A DNA stretch of 64,000 bases from Octopus sinensis (taxonomy: Eukaryota), in contig NC_042998.1 of assembly GCF_006345805.1 (NCBI RefSeq), positions 194,618,001-194,682,000 of the forward strand. Direction: 5' to 3'. The notes beneath the pieces are model-generated. The model worked only from the letters and a program-made list of their open reading frames with translations, was not told the DNA's origin and searched no databases. Made by a program: the position numbers and the translations under genes. Positions 54,014 to 64,000 of this stretch are shown here, piece after piece. The stretch's first letter is position 1. Each line of letters starts with the position of its first letter.

Positions 54014-54318
54014 GGCGCGTGGATAGTGGTTAGGGCATTCGGCTCATGATCGTAAGGTTGTGAGTTCGATTCCCAGCGACGCGTTGTGTCCCTGAGCAAG
54101 ACACTTTATTTCACGTTGCTCCAGTCCACTCAGCTGGCAAAAATGAGTTGTACTTGTATTTCAAAGGGTCAGCCTTGTCACTCTCTGTGTCACGCTGATT
54201 TTCCCCGAGAACTACGTTAAGGGTACACGTGTCTCAGCCATTTGCACGTTAATTTCACGAGCAAGCTGTTCCGTTGATCGTATCAGCTGGGACCCTCGTC
54301 GTCGTAACCGGCGGAGTC
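54014..54318 (+). mobile_element. tRNA-derived CORE-type SINE (young)
   Basis: A box TGGATAGTGG, B box GTTCGATTCC, core TGTCCCTGAGCAAGACACTTTATTTCACGTTGCTCCAGTCCAC; CpGs intact. Confidence 0.8.
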
Positions 54319-54404
54319 TTTAAATATATATATATAGAAATATTATATTAGAAATACTAAATTTAATATTTCTAATTTTGGTGATCAGTGAATAAGCCTC
54401 ACTG

Positions 54405-54452
<48 letters not shown>

Positions 54453-54477
54453 TTACAAAGCCTAGACAGGTATCTTC

Positions 54478-54555
54478 AGCTAGCAGGCCATGTTACTCCA
54501 GACTGATGACAAGCAGACTCAGAAACATGTCATGTCTCTGGATGCAGGCCTAGCT
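54478..54555 (+). ncRNA. Type I hammerhead ribozyme motif (copy B, weakened stem II)
   Basis: TCCAGA CTGATGA C-AAG-CAGA-CTC-A GAA ACAT-GTC-ATGT C TCTGGA. Stem I extends via GGCC/GGCC and AGCTAG/CTAGCT; GUC triplet at 54534-54536. Confidence 0.7.
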
Positions 54556-54710
54556 GTTGGGAGTGCTTGTCTCCCCTTCGTAAACATAAGGACACAGGAA
54601 ATGTGTCAAGGCCGCCAGGAAGCGTTGATGCTTCCTAGGGCTAAACAGCAGTGGTGTAATTCCCTCTATGGGACTGTCACGTTAAGTTGACAGTATACAA
54701 CCGCTCTATC
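54478..54710 (+). mobile_element. Hammerhead-headed structured element, copy B
   Basis: Hammerhead plus downstream hairpin array homologous to copy A (e.g. ATAAGG-RCACAG-AAA-TGTG, GGAARCG-TGAT-CT-CCT-GGGCTA). Confidence 0.6.
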
Positions 54711-54882
54711 CATATAACTGTTTTGAATTATATAAGATTGATGGGAGTAGTTGGAAAGAAGATAATGACATTGGTGACAAGGTGTCAGAGGGCACATCTT
54801 TTTACAGCTCTAGTCATCCACTTACATTACTTGATCATATCAACACAAGCTTTCCCTCTTGCCCACTACAACATGAGTGCAT

Positions 54883-54918
<36 letters not shown>

Positions 54919-55136
54919 GCGTGAATGTATCTTTAGTAAGATTCAATACCAGAAATTAGAGGAAAGTACATAACCCCACCTTTCCCCACTCACACCGCTT
55001 TCCTTTTAAACGTCTGCCCTTAATTCTTTACTTATTTTTTCATCTTTATAATAATAATCCTTTTTAATTTTTATTCATTTATCTGTGTACCTTCACATTT
55101 AATTTAGCACTGAACTATAATCAATTATTCACCAAC

Positions 55137-55310
55137 AGGCACGGGCATGGCTGTGTGGTTAGGGAGCTTGCTTCCTAGCTATATGGTTTCGGGTTCAGTC
55201 CCACTGCGTGGCACTTTGGGTAGGTGTCTTCTGCTATAGCCCCGAGCCGACCGGAGCTTTGTGATTGAATTCGGTAGGCGGGAGTTACTGCCATGTGTGT
55301 ATGTGTGCGT
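55137..55310 (+). mobile_element. SINE family 1 fragment
   Basis: Head similarity to 53471. Confidence 0.75.
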
Positions 55311-55724
55311 ATAGCTACTCAGTGCCTCTCCGAAAGAGAGAGAGATTAGTGGTATGATTTTATGCCACTTATTCTCCCATCCTGCATTTCCTTACACTTA
55401 ACCTACCTCTGATCGTGTAACTCTATCCAACTCTTATCTCAAGCAACTTACTATAAGATGAATAATACTCGTCTTTTTTCCACTACTCTGCTTATTTATT
55501 CTTGTTCTAATTATACTCATTCTGTTAGAAAAAAAATATGTCTACAAACTCAAAAGTTCCTTTCAGAATAAAATACCTTCATCCTCTCATCTCCTATCCC
55601 TATGTTGTCATTGCTCTATCTGTCTGTTCTGTGTGTGTGTGTGTGTATGTGTATCTGTATGTCAGCCCGTTGTCTGTCTACACACACACATACACACACA
55701 CACACACACATGCAAGCATGTCTA

Positions 55725-55900
55725 CAGGCATGGATATGACTGTGTGGTTCAGAAATTTGCTTCCTAGTTACTTCGTTTTGGGTTTCACAGCAAAACACAG
55801 TGGACAAATGTCTTCAACACTACAGCCCTGGGCAGACAAAAGCTTCATGAGTGAATTTGGTAGATGGAATCTGAAAGAAACCTGTTGTGTGCATTTGTAT
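55725..55900 (+). mobile_element. SINE family 1 fragment (old)
   Basis: Degenerate head similarity. Confidence 0.6.
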
Positions 55901-57199
55901 ATATATATATATATACACAAAGTAAGTTAGGGGTTATGGGTGCAGACCACTAAGGGATAGTATTTATCCAATATACTGTTGGTAAAGTACCCAAATTCTT
56001 AATACATAAATGTTTTTAATTGCAATGCAATTAACTTATTTATTGTATTAAACGAGTGAAGGTAAAGAAGTATTTTACCATTAATTTATAATACAAATAA
56101 GATAATGGAGAAACAATTTAGTCTGTTCATCAACTTTCGGATATTAGAATGTTGAATTATTTATTCATTTAACAAAATGGGAACCTTAATAGCATACATA
56201 TATACCTTATAATTCAATACATATAAGATAAGAATACAAATTATAAAAATCATAATATAAATTATTGAAATCAATACATGCACACATATATGTCTATGTG
56301 AAGAACATACCATGGATTTATATGATGTGTGTTGTGAGTAAATCTGCAAAATGTATTTATTACTTCATACAAATGTAGAAGGCCCTGTGCATGCAATCTG
56401 TCAAAAAGTGAGTGACTTGTTATAGCCGAAAAGCTGGATTGTAGAAGTTATATAAGCCGTAATAGCTGTGACTGCAAGTTGTTATATCTGACTATAGTGT
56501 CATGTGGAATGACTTTGTCTGTGTATGTAGTGCATCTGTAGAGTGTGGAGAAGAAAGTAAAGACATTGTAAGAAAAGTTAAACAGTATTGATGGAAGTAG
56601 TTGGATATGAAAAGATCAGTATCTAAGTTGTAAGGAAATCTAGTGAGCTCATAGTTGTTCTTGTCTGAACTTGTACACAGCTCTGCATGCTGGAGTTATT
56701 ATTGTTCATCTGGCCAATGTTTTGTATGACATTGCTTGGGTTATCAGTAAAAGCTGTTTTGAATTGATGATTTCATAGTTGTCCTAGTTAGTGAATCTGT
56801 TGTCTTGATACTTCATAGCTGTTCTGCTGCCCATTTTTTTTTTTCTACAGTGACTACCACTGCCATAAAGACTACAAGGAAAGGCTGGGATGCCTCATCT
56901 GTGAGTTACATCTACTGGCTCACCATCTCTGGCTTGATTGCATTCTAAACAACTATTGTTAACGATGATTGCAAATCACCTATCTCTTACAAGAGCTGTC
57001 TGTTTTATAAAAGTAAGGATCCCTTTTGGTCATGAATGACCATGGGATTACACCTAAAAAATTCCCCTCCAAGCCACAAGTACAAGCAAGGTTGATTCTG
57101 GTGACCAGCAGTCACCCATGAAAACCAGTCTTCCCTCTCCATGCCACTGATGTCCAAAGAAGAGGCAAAGGCCAATACAACTTAGCACCAGTGACGTTG

Positions 57200-57342
57200 C
57201 AACTCATTTCTACAACTGAGTGAGCTGAAGCAACATGAAATAAGTGTCTTGCTCAAGAACACGACACACACCTCACTCCAGGAATTGAACTCACAACCTT
57301 ACAATTGTAAGCCCGACACCCTAACCACTGAGCCATGCACCT
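57200..57342 (-). mobile_element. CORE-type SINE head fragment
   Basis: Reverse-complement similarity to 54014-54150. Confidence 0.7.
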
Positions 57343-57980
57343 TCTCTGTCTGTTATATAACACTGGTCTAAGTGAGTGATTGATTTAAAAGGTAATGGCA
57401 GAAACATCTGTTAATGCCAGTGCATCTAGACAAATGAACAATTATTGCATTGTCCGAAACTTGAGGATTTAAGCAATACTGTTGATGTTAATCTTGGGAT
57501 GTTGTATAAGTGTGGACAAATGCAAACTGCGAAATGACAATTTTAGAGTCATCTCACCAACATGCTGTGAATATGACATAAGATATTCACTATTGTTTCC
57601 AATTTACGAATTTTATGTCTAGGTATAACATTTCATTTTACAATTCCTTGGTTCATGGGGTGTCCAAACCAAGGTAAATAAAAGTTAAACTAGATTAAAT
57701 AAAGCTTATTTATGTTGTCATAACATTCTCTGTTTATATCCATCAACAGTTTTCTCTGGCCACAAGACAACAAGCTTATTATGTGTGACAATAATAGACA
57801 CAATTCCCTCTTCTAGTTACAACCAACAAGTAGTTAGCCATTTTAAGTACATTCATATGTATTGGACAATGTGACGATACTTATGAACTTTCAAAGCACA
57901 TTAAACTTAAGTCACATCCATAATGTAACTTTCATGGACAACTATGGCAGACACTTGTAAATTATCAAAAAAATAATCTT

Positions 57981-58289
57981 AACTAGCACTATGACCCGGC
58001 AACGTGAGTCCAAATCTCTGACCAATCACATACAGCTAGCTGGCATTCAATTGGCGTATCAAGTTTCAGGCATTTTGATTGGGTTTTGGATAGAAAATTC
58101 ACAAAAAAGTCACTTCTATTGATTTTTTAATGGCTTGTGGGGTGACTGGGGGAAATGTAAAGATATGCACAACCACCCTTGGATGGTTTTGAATGACCAT
58201 AGAAAGAAAGTGCGAGCCCTGAAACTGAAAAATTGTGGATTTATATAAAGGACACACACACAGACATTTTGCTGTTTATATATATAGAT
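57981..58289 (+). mobile_element. Non-autonomous Helitron/Helentron-like element
   Basis: Starts ACTAGCACTATGACCCGGC, ends ...TTTATATATATAGAT in a T/T context, typical of DINE-1/HINE-like elements. Confidence 0.6.
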
Positions 58290-58961
58290 TATGTAAGTTT
58301 GTAGAATTGGGTGTTAGGAAACATTATTCACCTTATGGTTTTCCATACTTTTTCTAGTGCATGTGCATATGTGTAAGACACACATGCACACATACATAAA
58401 TTGATACTTATCAGGAGTCAATTAATTTTGTTCTGTTTGTGCTAAAATGTTATTGGTCCTATAACTATTTGTTGGCATTAAATTGTTACATAAACATTTC
58501 TTAAGTAATATCTATGAAAATCACTTTAAGTTGCTACAGATTACCAAAATTGTACTGACCAATTATAGTGACATCTCATCAATTGCCTTCTGAAGCTTTG
58601 TAGCTATTATAAAACCTTAGTGCTCAATATTGATAGCAGATTCAGTGAGAATAGTTTATAGGACAAATTGTCATTTGAATCTCATGCAGAACACAACACA
58701 AATGCTGTTGACTATTGTAATCCACTTCATACATAAAACATAATCAACAAATGCATGTATTTCTCACTGAATCTCTTAACACAAATTTAGATAATTTAAA
58801 ATTGTGCTATGAAATGTAGAGCCCACTCAAAACGTGTGCACTCTCACAAGTAACAAATACATGACTATACATTTCAAACACACGAATTATACTTAAACTA
58901 AATAATGAACAAATTTTCCTGGCTTTTTAAGTATTAACATTTGACAAACAGTCTTCTTTGT

Positions 58962-59130
58962 AGGTGCAGGCATGGTTGTGTGATTACGAAGCTCACTTTG
59001 TAACAATGTGGTTTCAAGTTCAATCCCACTGCATGTCACATTGGGTAGGTGTCTTCTACTTCAGCCCCAGACTGACCAATGCTTATAAGTGAATTTGGTT
59101 GATGGAAACTTGCAGAAGCCTGTTATGTGT
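58962..59130 (+). mobile_element. SINE family 1 fragment
   Basis: Degenerate head similarity. Confidence 0.65.
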
Positions 59131-59149
59131 GTGCATATACATACATACT

Positions 59150-59186
<37 letters not shown>

Positions 59187-59189
<3 letters not shown>

Positions 59190-60062
59190 GAGGATGAAGT
59201 GAATAAACTGTCATCTAAATTACACAAAAATGAAAGTAATACTGACATCTCATTTTAACAGATATATTTATTAAAATTACATAAAAATATCTTGGAATAT
59301 TAAAAAGTAAATTTATTCAATAAAATCGCCATTGGCTTCAATCAAAACCTCCAGGCAACTTCGGAATCTCCTGCAACTCTTCTGAACAGTCTCCCTGTTT
59401 AAGCTGGCAAATACTGCCATAATCCTTGCCTTCAGTTCATCTTTGATGCTACAAGGGGTTTTGTTGGTCTCTTGCTCAACTGCGTCCCACACATAATAAT
59501 CAAGGTGGTTGCAATCTGGGGAGTTAGGTGGCCAGATGGTAGGGGTGATGTGGTCACAGAAATTGTCAGACAGCCATGACTGGGTTCTTCTGCTTGTGTG
59601 GCATGGTGCAGAGTCCTATTGCCAGACATAGGGTCTTCCAGCAGCCACCTTCTTAACCCAGGGCAGCACTACCTCCTCCAGATAATTGATGTAGGCCTCC
59701 ATGTTCAATTTGAAGCCATGTAGGCAGATGAATGGAGGCATAACGTTGCCATCACTAGTGATCACTCCAAACACCACGATGTTGACTGGATGTTTGATTT
59801 TTATCACTCTTGGTACATGTCCTCAGATTGCACTGTCCTCAGATTGACACCCAAAAACTCTGAAATGTTCATATTGCAGCTTCCAGTGTGAATGCTAAGC
59901 AGTACAGCATGTTGTTTCCAAATTCCTGGCAGAGTGAATTGCGTCATGGTGCTGTTTTTCTCACAGACTGTACCTATACTGTGTAGTCGACAAAATCAAA
60001 AACAGTGCACATATGTGAAAATAAAAATATAAAATTGAGACAATTTACCATCACACCTTGTA
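59187..60062 (-). mobile_element. Internally deleted maT/DD37D-like mariner transposon
   Basis: HPVNIVVFGVITSDG...VWQ(Q)DSAPCHT...WPPNSPDCNHLDYYVWDAVEQETN catalytic-region motifs; degenerate TIR-like ends. Confidence 0.85.
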
Positions 60063-60063
60063 T

Positions 60064-60143
60064 ATACATACATACATACATTCATACATACATACATACA
60101 TACATACATACATACATACATACATACATACATACATACATAC
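60064..60143. repeat. (CATA)n microsatellite
   Basis: Direct inspection. Confidence 0.95.
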
Positions 60144-60189
60144 ACAAGAGGTGTAGTTTTCATTTGTGGAAGACATAGAGGTGCCATAA

Positions 60190-60840
60190 AGTCTGTGGTT
60201 GCATGGGAAATTGATTTTCTCAAACACCATACAGGCTTCCTAGAGGTAATAGATAGTTTCTGTTACCTAGGTGACCTAATTACCAGTGGAGATGAAAGTT
60301 CTGAAAGTGTAGTTACTAGAATAAAAGTAGGATGGAGTAAGTTCAGAGAGCTATTACCTATGTTGGTAACAAAAGGTCTTTCTCTTTCTCTCTTTCTCTC
60401 TCTCTGAGTGAAAGGCAGATTGCATACATACAACAATGCTACATGGTAGTGACAGAGGATATGCAAAGACTACAGAGGAACAAAACTAGTGTGTTATACT
60501 TGATGTGCAGTTTTAGTATAAGTGTTCATGTATGACAAAGTACAGATATATTGAGAGAAAAGTTAGGCATAAGAGGTATCAGATATAGCATGAAAGAGAG
60601 AAGACTGTGTTGTTTCTGTCATGTGAAGCAAATGGATGAGGACAGTTGCAGAAAGAAGTGTTGATTGCTTAAAGTGGATGAAACTCATAGAAGAGGTAAA
60701 CCCAGGAAGCTATGGAACAAGGTGTTGACGGCTGATTTCAAGATGTTTAGCAGCCTTACAGAGATGACAAAAGACTGAGAAGACTGATATCATGCTGTGC
60801 TCAAGAGGAGCCATTGATTACAGCAAAAAGGATATCCTAT
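60190..60840 (+). mobile_element. RTE LINE fragment
   Basis: LEVIDSFCYLGDLITSGDESSESVVTRIKVGWSKFRELLPML. Confidence 0.8.
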
Positions 60841-61999
60841 AACCACTCAGATATGTGCAAAGCTGTGTCCCTCCACTCCTCTCCTCCTTGAGATGTCAAG
60901 CATTCTCCCCTCCCTATCTATGGTTCTATGTAGCTGCTGTACTCATCTATGAGTAATATCACATATATTACATCCCATACTCTCCCAAATACTCTTCATG
61001 CCAGATCTACTTCCATTTCTCATCATCTATACTCACATCATTTACACCAATCACTTCTACTCTGTGCCTTCTGCCACTGTCCCCTTATTTCTCTCTGCTA
61101 TAGCCAATTCTAAACACCTCTTTTATTTGCTATCATTCTCAATTCCCTCACATATCTACTATCATAAGCCACCAACTGTAGCCTCTTATGTATCCCTATC
61201 TCTCCCTCTTCTTCTCCCACACCTCATATACAACTTTCTATTCCATTCTTCCTGAGCCACTCCCATATCTCCAACCTTACCCTTTTGCATCCTTGAATTT
61301 CCCATCATCCCCCATTAAGTATTTAAAAAAAAAAGGCCTCAAAATGACATTTCAACTTTTCTTCATGCAAAACTAATTAAAAAAATAATTGTGATAGGAT
61401 AAAGTGTTTGCAACTTGGGAAATTTCCCTGATATAAGGGAAGAGAAAAATTTCCCCCACTCTTGTTTTTCACTCACTACTCTAACCTCTACCTCCACCTG
61501 TTTATTCCCTCCTCACACAATTATGAAAGCATCCACTCTCATCCTTTCCCATAACCCACCATTTCTCACCCTCTTTTATGCTCTCCTTCTTGTTCCTTGT
61601 GAGTTTGCTCTTCTTTCCCATCACTGCCTTCCTCTTATCTCCTTCAGCTATATACCTCCTCTATAGCAAGGCTTGTCCTTCTATCATACTTTAAGCCTTT
61701 CAACACCTGGCATACAGCCACTCATCTCCACCCTTCTTTCCCAAATACTTCTTAATAGTGGGAGCTTTGCCCTCCTTTTTCTTTCTCTGTTCTTTTATGT
61801 TTTGTTAGTTGCATTGCAACCTGACTTAGTACTGGTGGCACAAAAATGCACCTAGTACACTTTGTAGAGTGGTTTACAATAGGAAAGGCATCCAGCCATA
61901 GAAACCATTCCAAAAATGACATTGGAACTTGACACAGTCCTGCAGCTCACCGGTTCCCTGGCAAACAGTCCTACCACAGAAAGCAGAACTTTAAATGAC

Positions 62000-62078
62000 A
62001 ATCATGATTATGAAGATGATGATGATTATGAAGATGATGATGATGATGATGATGATGAAGATGATGATGATGATGATG

Positions 62079-62157
<79 letters not shown>
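62000..62157. repeat. (GAT)n microsatellite
   Basis: Direct inspection. Confidence 0.95.
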
Positions 62158-62159
62158 GT

Positions 62160-62360
62160 GTGTGTGTGTATGTGTGCGTGCGCTTGTGCTTGTCTCCATC
62201 ATTGCTTGACTACTGGCTCAGCTTGTTTACATCCCTATAACTTAGTAGTCCAGTAAAAGAGATCAATAGAATAAGTACCAGACCTGAAAATAAGCACTGG
62301 GGGTTGATTTGCTCGACTAACCACTTCAAGGTGTCCCAGTATGGCTGAAACAAGTAACTG
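62160..62360 (+). mobile_element. SINE family 1 3' half
   Basis: Matches the 53650-53860 tail. Confidence 0.65.
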
Positions 62361-63156
62361 GAAAAAATTAAATGACAAAGATGTAAAAATGTGCATTAGT
62401 AACTTACAGATTCACAATATATTAAAAGTGTGCCTTAATTTTTCCTGCATATTAACACATTTAAATACTGTTTTAAAAGCCTGATTTAATAAGTATTTTA
62501 AATTTTGTCTGCTTGTCTTTTAAAACCCTGCAATGTTCTACATCTTTCGTAGTAAGCATTGTTAAATCTCACAAAGTTTGGATTGTAGCTTCATCATCCC
62601 TTATATTTGCTGTTCCACATGAATGCACACATTTAACTAGCATAACACCTTCAAACTTAGGGGCAATATTAGTCAACAAAATTTAGAACATTAAGTATTG
62701 TAAGAAAAATGCCTCAAAATGACATTTCAACTTTTCTTCATGCAAAACTAATGAAAAAAATAATTGTGATAGGATAAAGTGTTTGCAACTTGGGAAATTT
62801 CTCTGATATAAGGGAAGAGAAAAAAATCAGACCATTAACTAACCAGGTTTCCTGTTTTATTTTTAGCTGCCCTTTGTTACAAATTATTTCAACTAAAAAT
62901 AGTTACTGGTTCTGTGTTGCCAAAATAGCTTCGATAATTGTGTTAACTGTTGCCAATAATCGACTACAACTGGAAACAATTATCAGCTCTGGTGCCAGTC
63001 AATGAAAGTCAGAACTTAAGTTCAGTTAAATGAAACACAACTCTTGCCAGTTTAAAAACAGCACATTACTAGTTTCTGACACCATTTCTTTAGAATATAC
63101 AATGAATGGATATCACTTGTAGTTGCATATTTATGAGGGACATCTTATAAGCAGAA

Positions 63157-63159
<3 letters not shown>

Positions 63160-63214
<55 letters not shown>

Positions 63215-63230
63215 GCACACGCATGCACAT

Positions 63231-63286
<56 letters not shown>
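63160..63286. repeat. (CA)n microsatellite
   Basis: Direct inspection. Confidence 0.95.
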
Positions 63287-63287
<1 letters not shown>

Positions 63288-63384
63288 ACAGTATCATGGT
63301 ATCAACCAGATGATCAAATATTGTTATACACTACTAGTTACAATGCTGTTCCTTGCATTTTCAAATGATGCTGCCCCACTGGCT

Positions 63385-63735
63385 AGGTGGGCAGGCCAAC
63401 ATTCTCCCTGAACAAGATGCCAGTCCATTTCATTCCAGGGCTACATATCTACAATTGAATGCACTGGGGCAATGTGAAGTTACTCTCACTTTACTTGCTG
63501 TGTCCTTGTACATAGCTTGTATAGCCTTCACAAGCCATTCTTGTACACCTAATTTCTTTAGTGACCACCAAATTGCTGAGAATCGTATACTGTCAAATAC
63601 CTTCTTGAAGCCAATGAATGTCAGGAACAGTGGTTTACTCTTAATCAAGTATTTTCCCTGAAATTGCCTCACTTGAACTATTGCATCCATGGTACATCTT
63701 CTGGGCATGAAACCAAATAGCATCTTGTCTAAATG
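63385..63735 (-). mobile_element. RTE LINE RT fragment
   Basis: FGFMPRRCTMDAIVQVRQFQGKYLIKSKPLFLTFIGFKKVFDSI...WWSLKKLGVQEWLVKAIQAMY. Confidence 0.85.
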
Positions 63736-63737
63736 TA

Positions 63738-64000
63738 TCTATTTCTTTACTACCCACAAGGGGCTAAACACAGAGGAGACAAATAAGGACAGACAGATGG
63801 ATTAAGTCGATTACATCGACTATATAGTGTGTAACTGGTACTTAATTTATCGACTCTGAAAGGATGAACGGCAAAGTTGACCTCGATGGAATTTGAACTC
63901 AGAACGTAGCAGCAGACAAAATATCTATTTCTTTACTACCCACAAGGAGCTAAACACAGAGGAGACAAACAAGGACAGACAGACGGATTAAGTCGATTAT
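63738..64000 (-). mobile_element. Tandem copies of the same SINE family
   Basis: Reverse-complement of the 22898 family; unit ATCTATTTCTTTACTACCCACAAG... repeats at ~63738 and ~63923. Confidence 0.8.

Noticed and set aside
54014-54080. tRNA-like sequence
   Set aside because: SINE head continuing into a CORE domain; no proper cloverleaf acceptor stem
54617-54645. AAGCGTTGAT and TAGGGC resembling pistol or HDV ribozyme segments
   Set aside because: Required pseudoknot partners are absent; treated as coincidence
56400-56830. S/T-rich pseudo-coding stretch on the minus strand
   Set aside because: Multiple stops in every frame; no recognisable family
57623-57673. 51-nt plus-strand exon-like segment (tctag|...|gtaaat)
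   Set aside because: No recognisable peptide or supporting neighbouring exons
1-64000. CRISPR arrays, rRNA genes or prokaryotic systems
   Set aside because: None seen; the sequence is eukaryotic intronic/intergenic DNA

Overview
AT-rich, repeat-dense animal genomic DNA. The SINE, RTE, mariner and microsatellite landscape looks like an octopus/cephalopod genome (my recognition, not database-verified). One protein-coding gene is well supported: the 5' half of a FUBP/KHSRP/Psi-family KH-domain RNA-binding protein on the minus strand. It has 8 coding exons from ATG 36303 down to 567, all with GT-AG sites and consistent phases, and continues off the left edge. The rest is intron or intergenic sequence with tRNA-derived SINEs, RTE and CR1-like LINE remnants, three decayed Tc1/mariner transposons, piggyBac-, hAT- and Helitron-like MITEs, long foldbacks and microsatellites. 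Most ORF-track entries are spurious. The most notable finding is two divergent, oppositely oriented ~230-nt elements (50930-51165 minus; 54478-54710 plus). Each begins with a type I hammerhead ribozyme motif (CUGAUGA...GAAA...GUC, palindrome-type stem III, shared non-canonical C/A at the base of stem II). Each is followed by a multi-hairpin domain whose pairings are kept by compensatory changes, suggesting a retrozyme/Penelope-like structured-RNA family. Also noted: a candidate poison or intronic-terminal exon inside KH1, three long dsRNA-forming elements in intron 1, and an orphan CTCF/TATA/TCT/YY1 promoter-like cassette.
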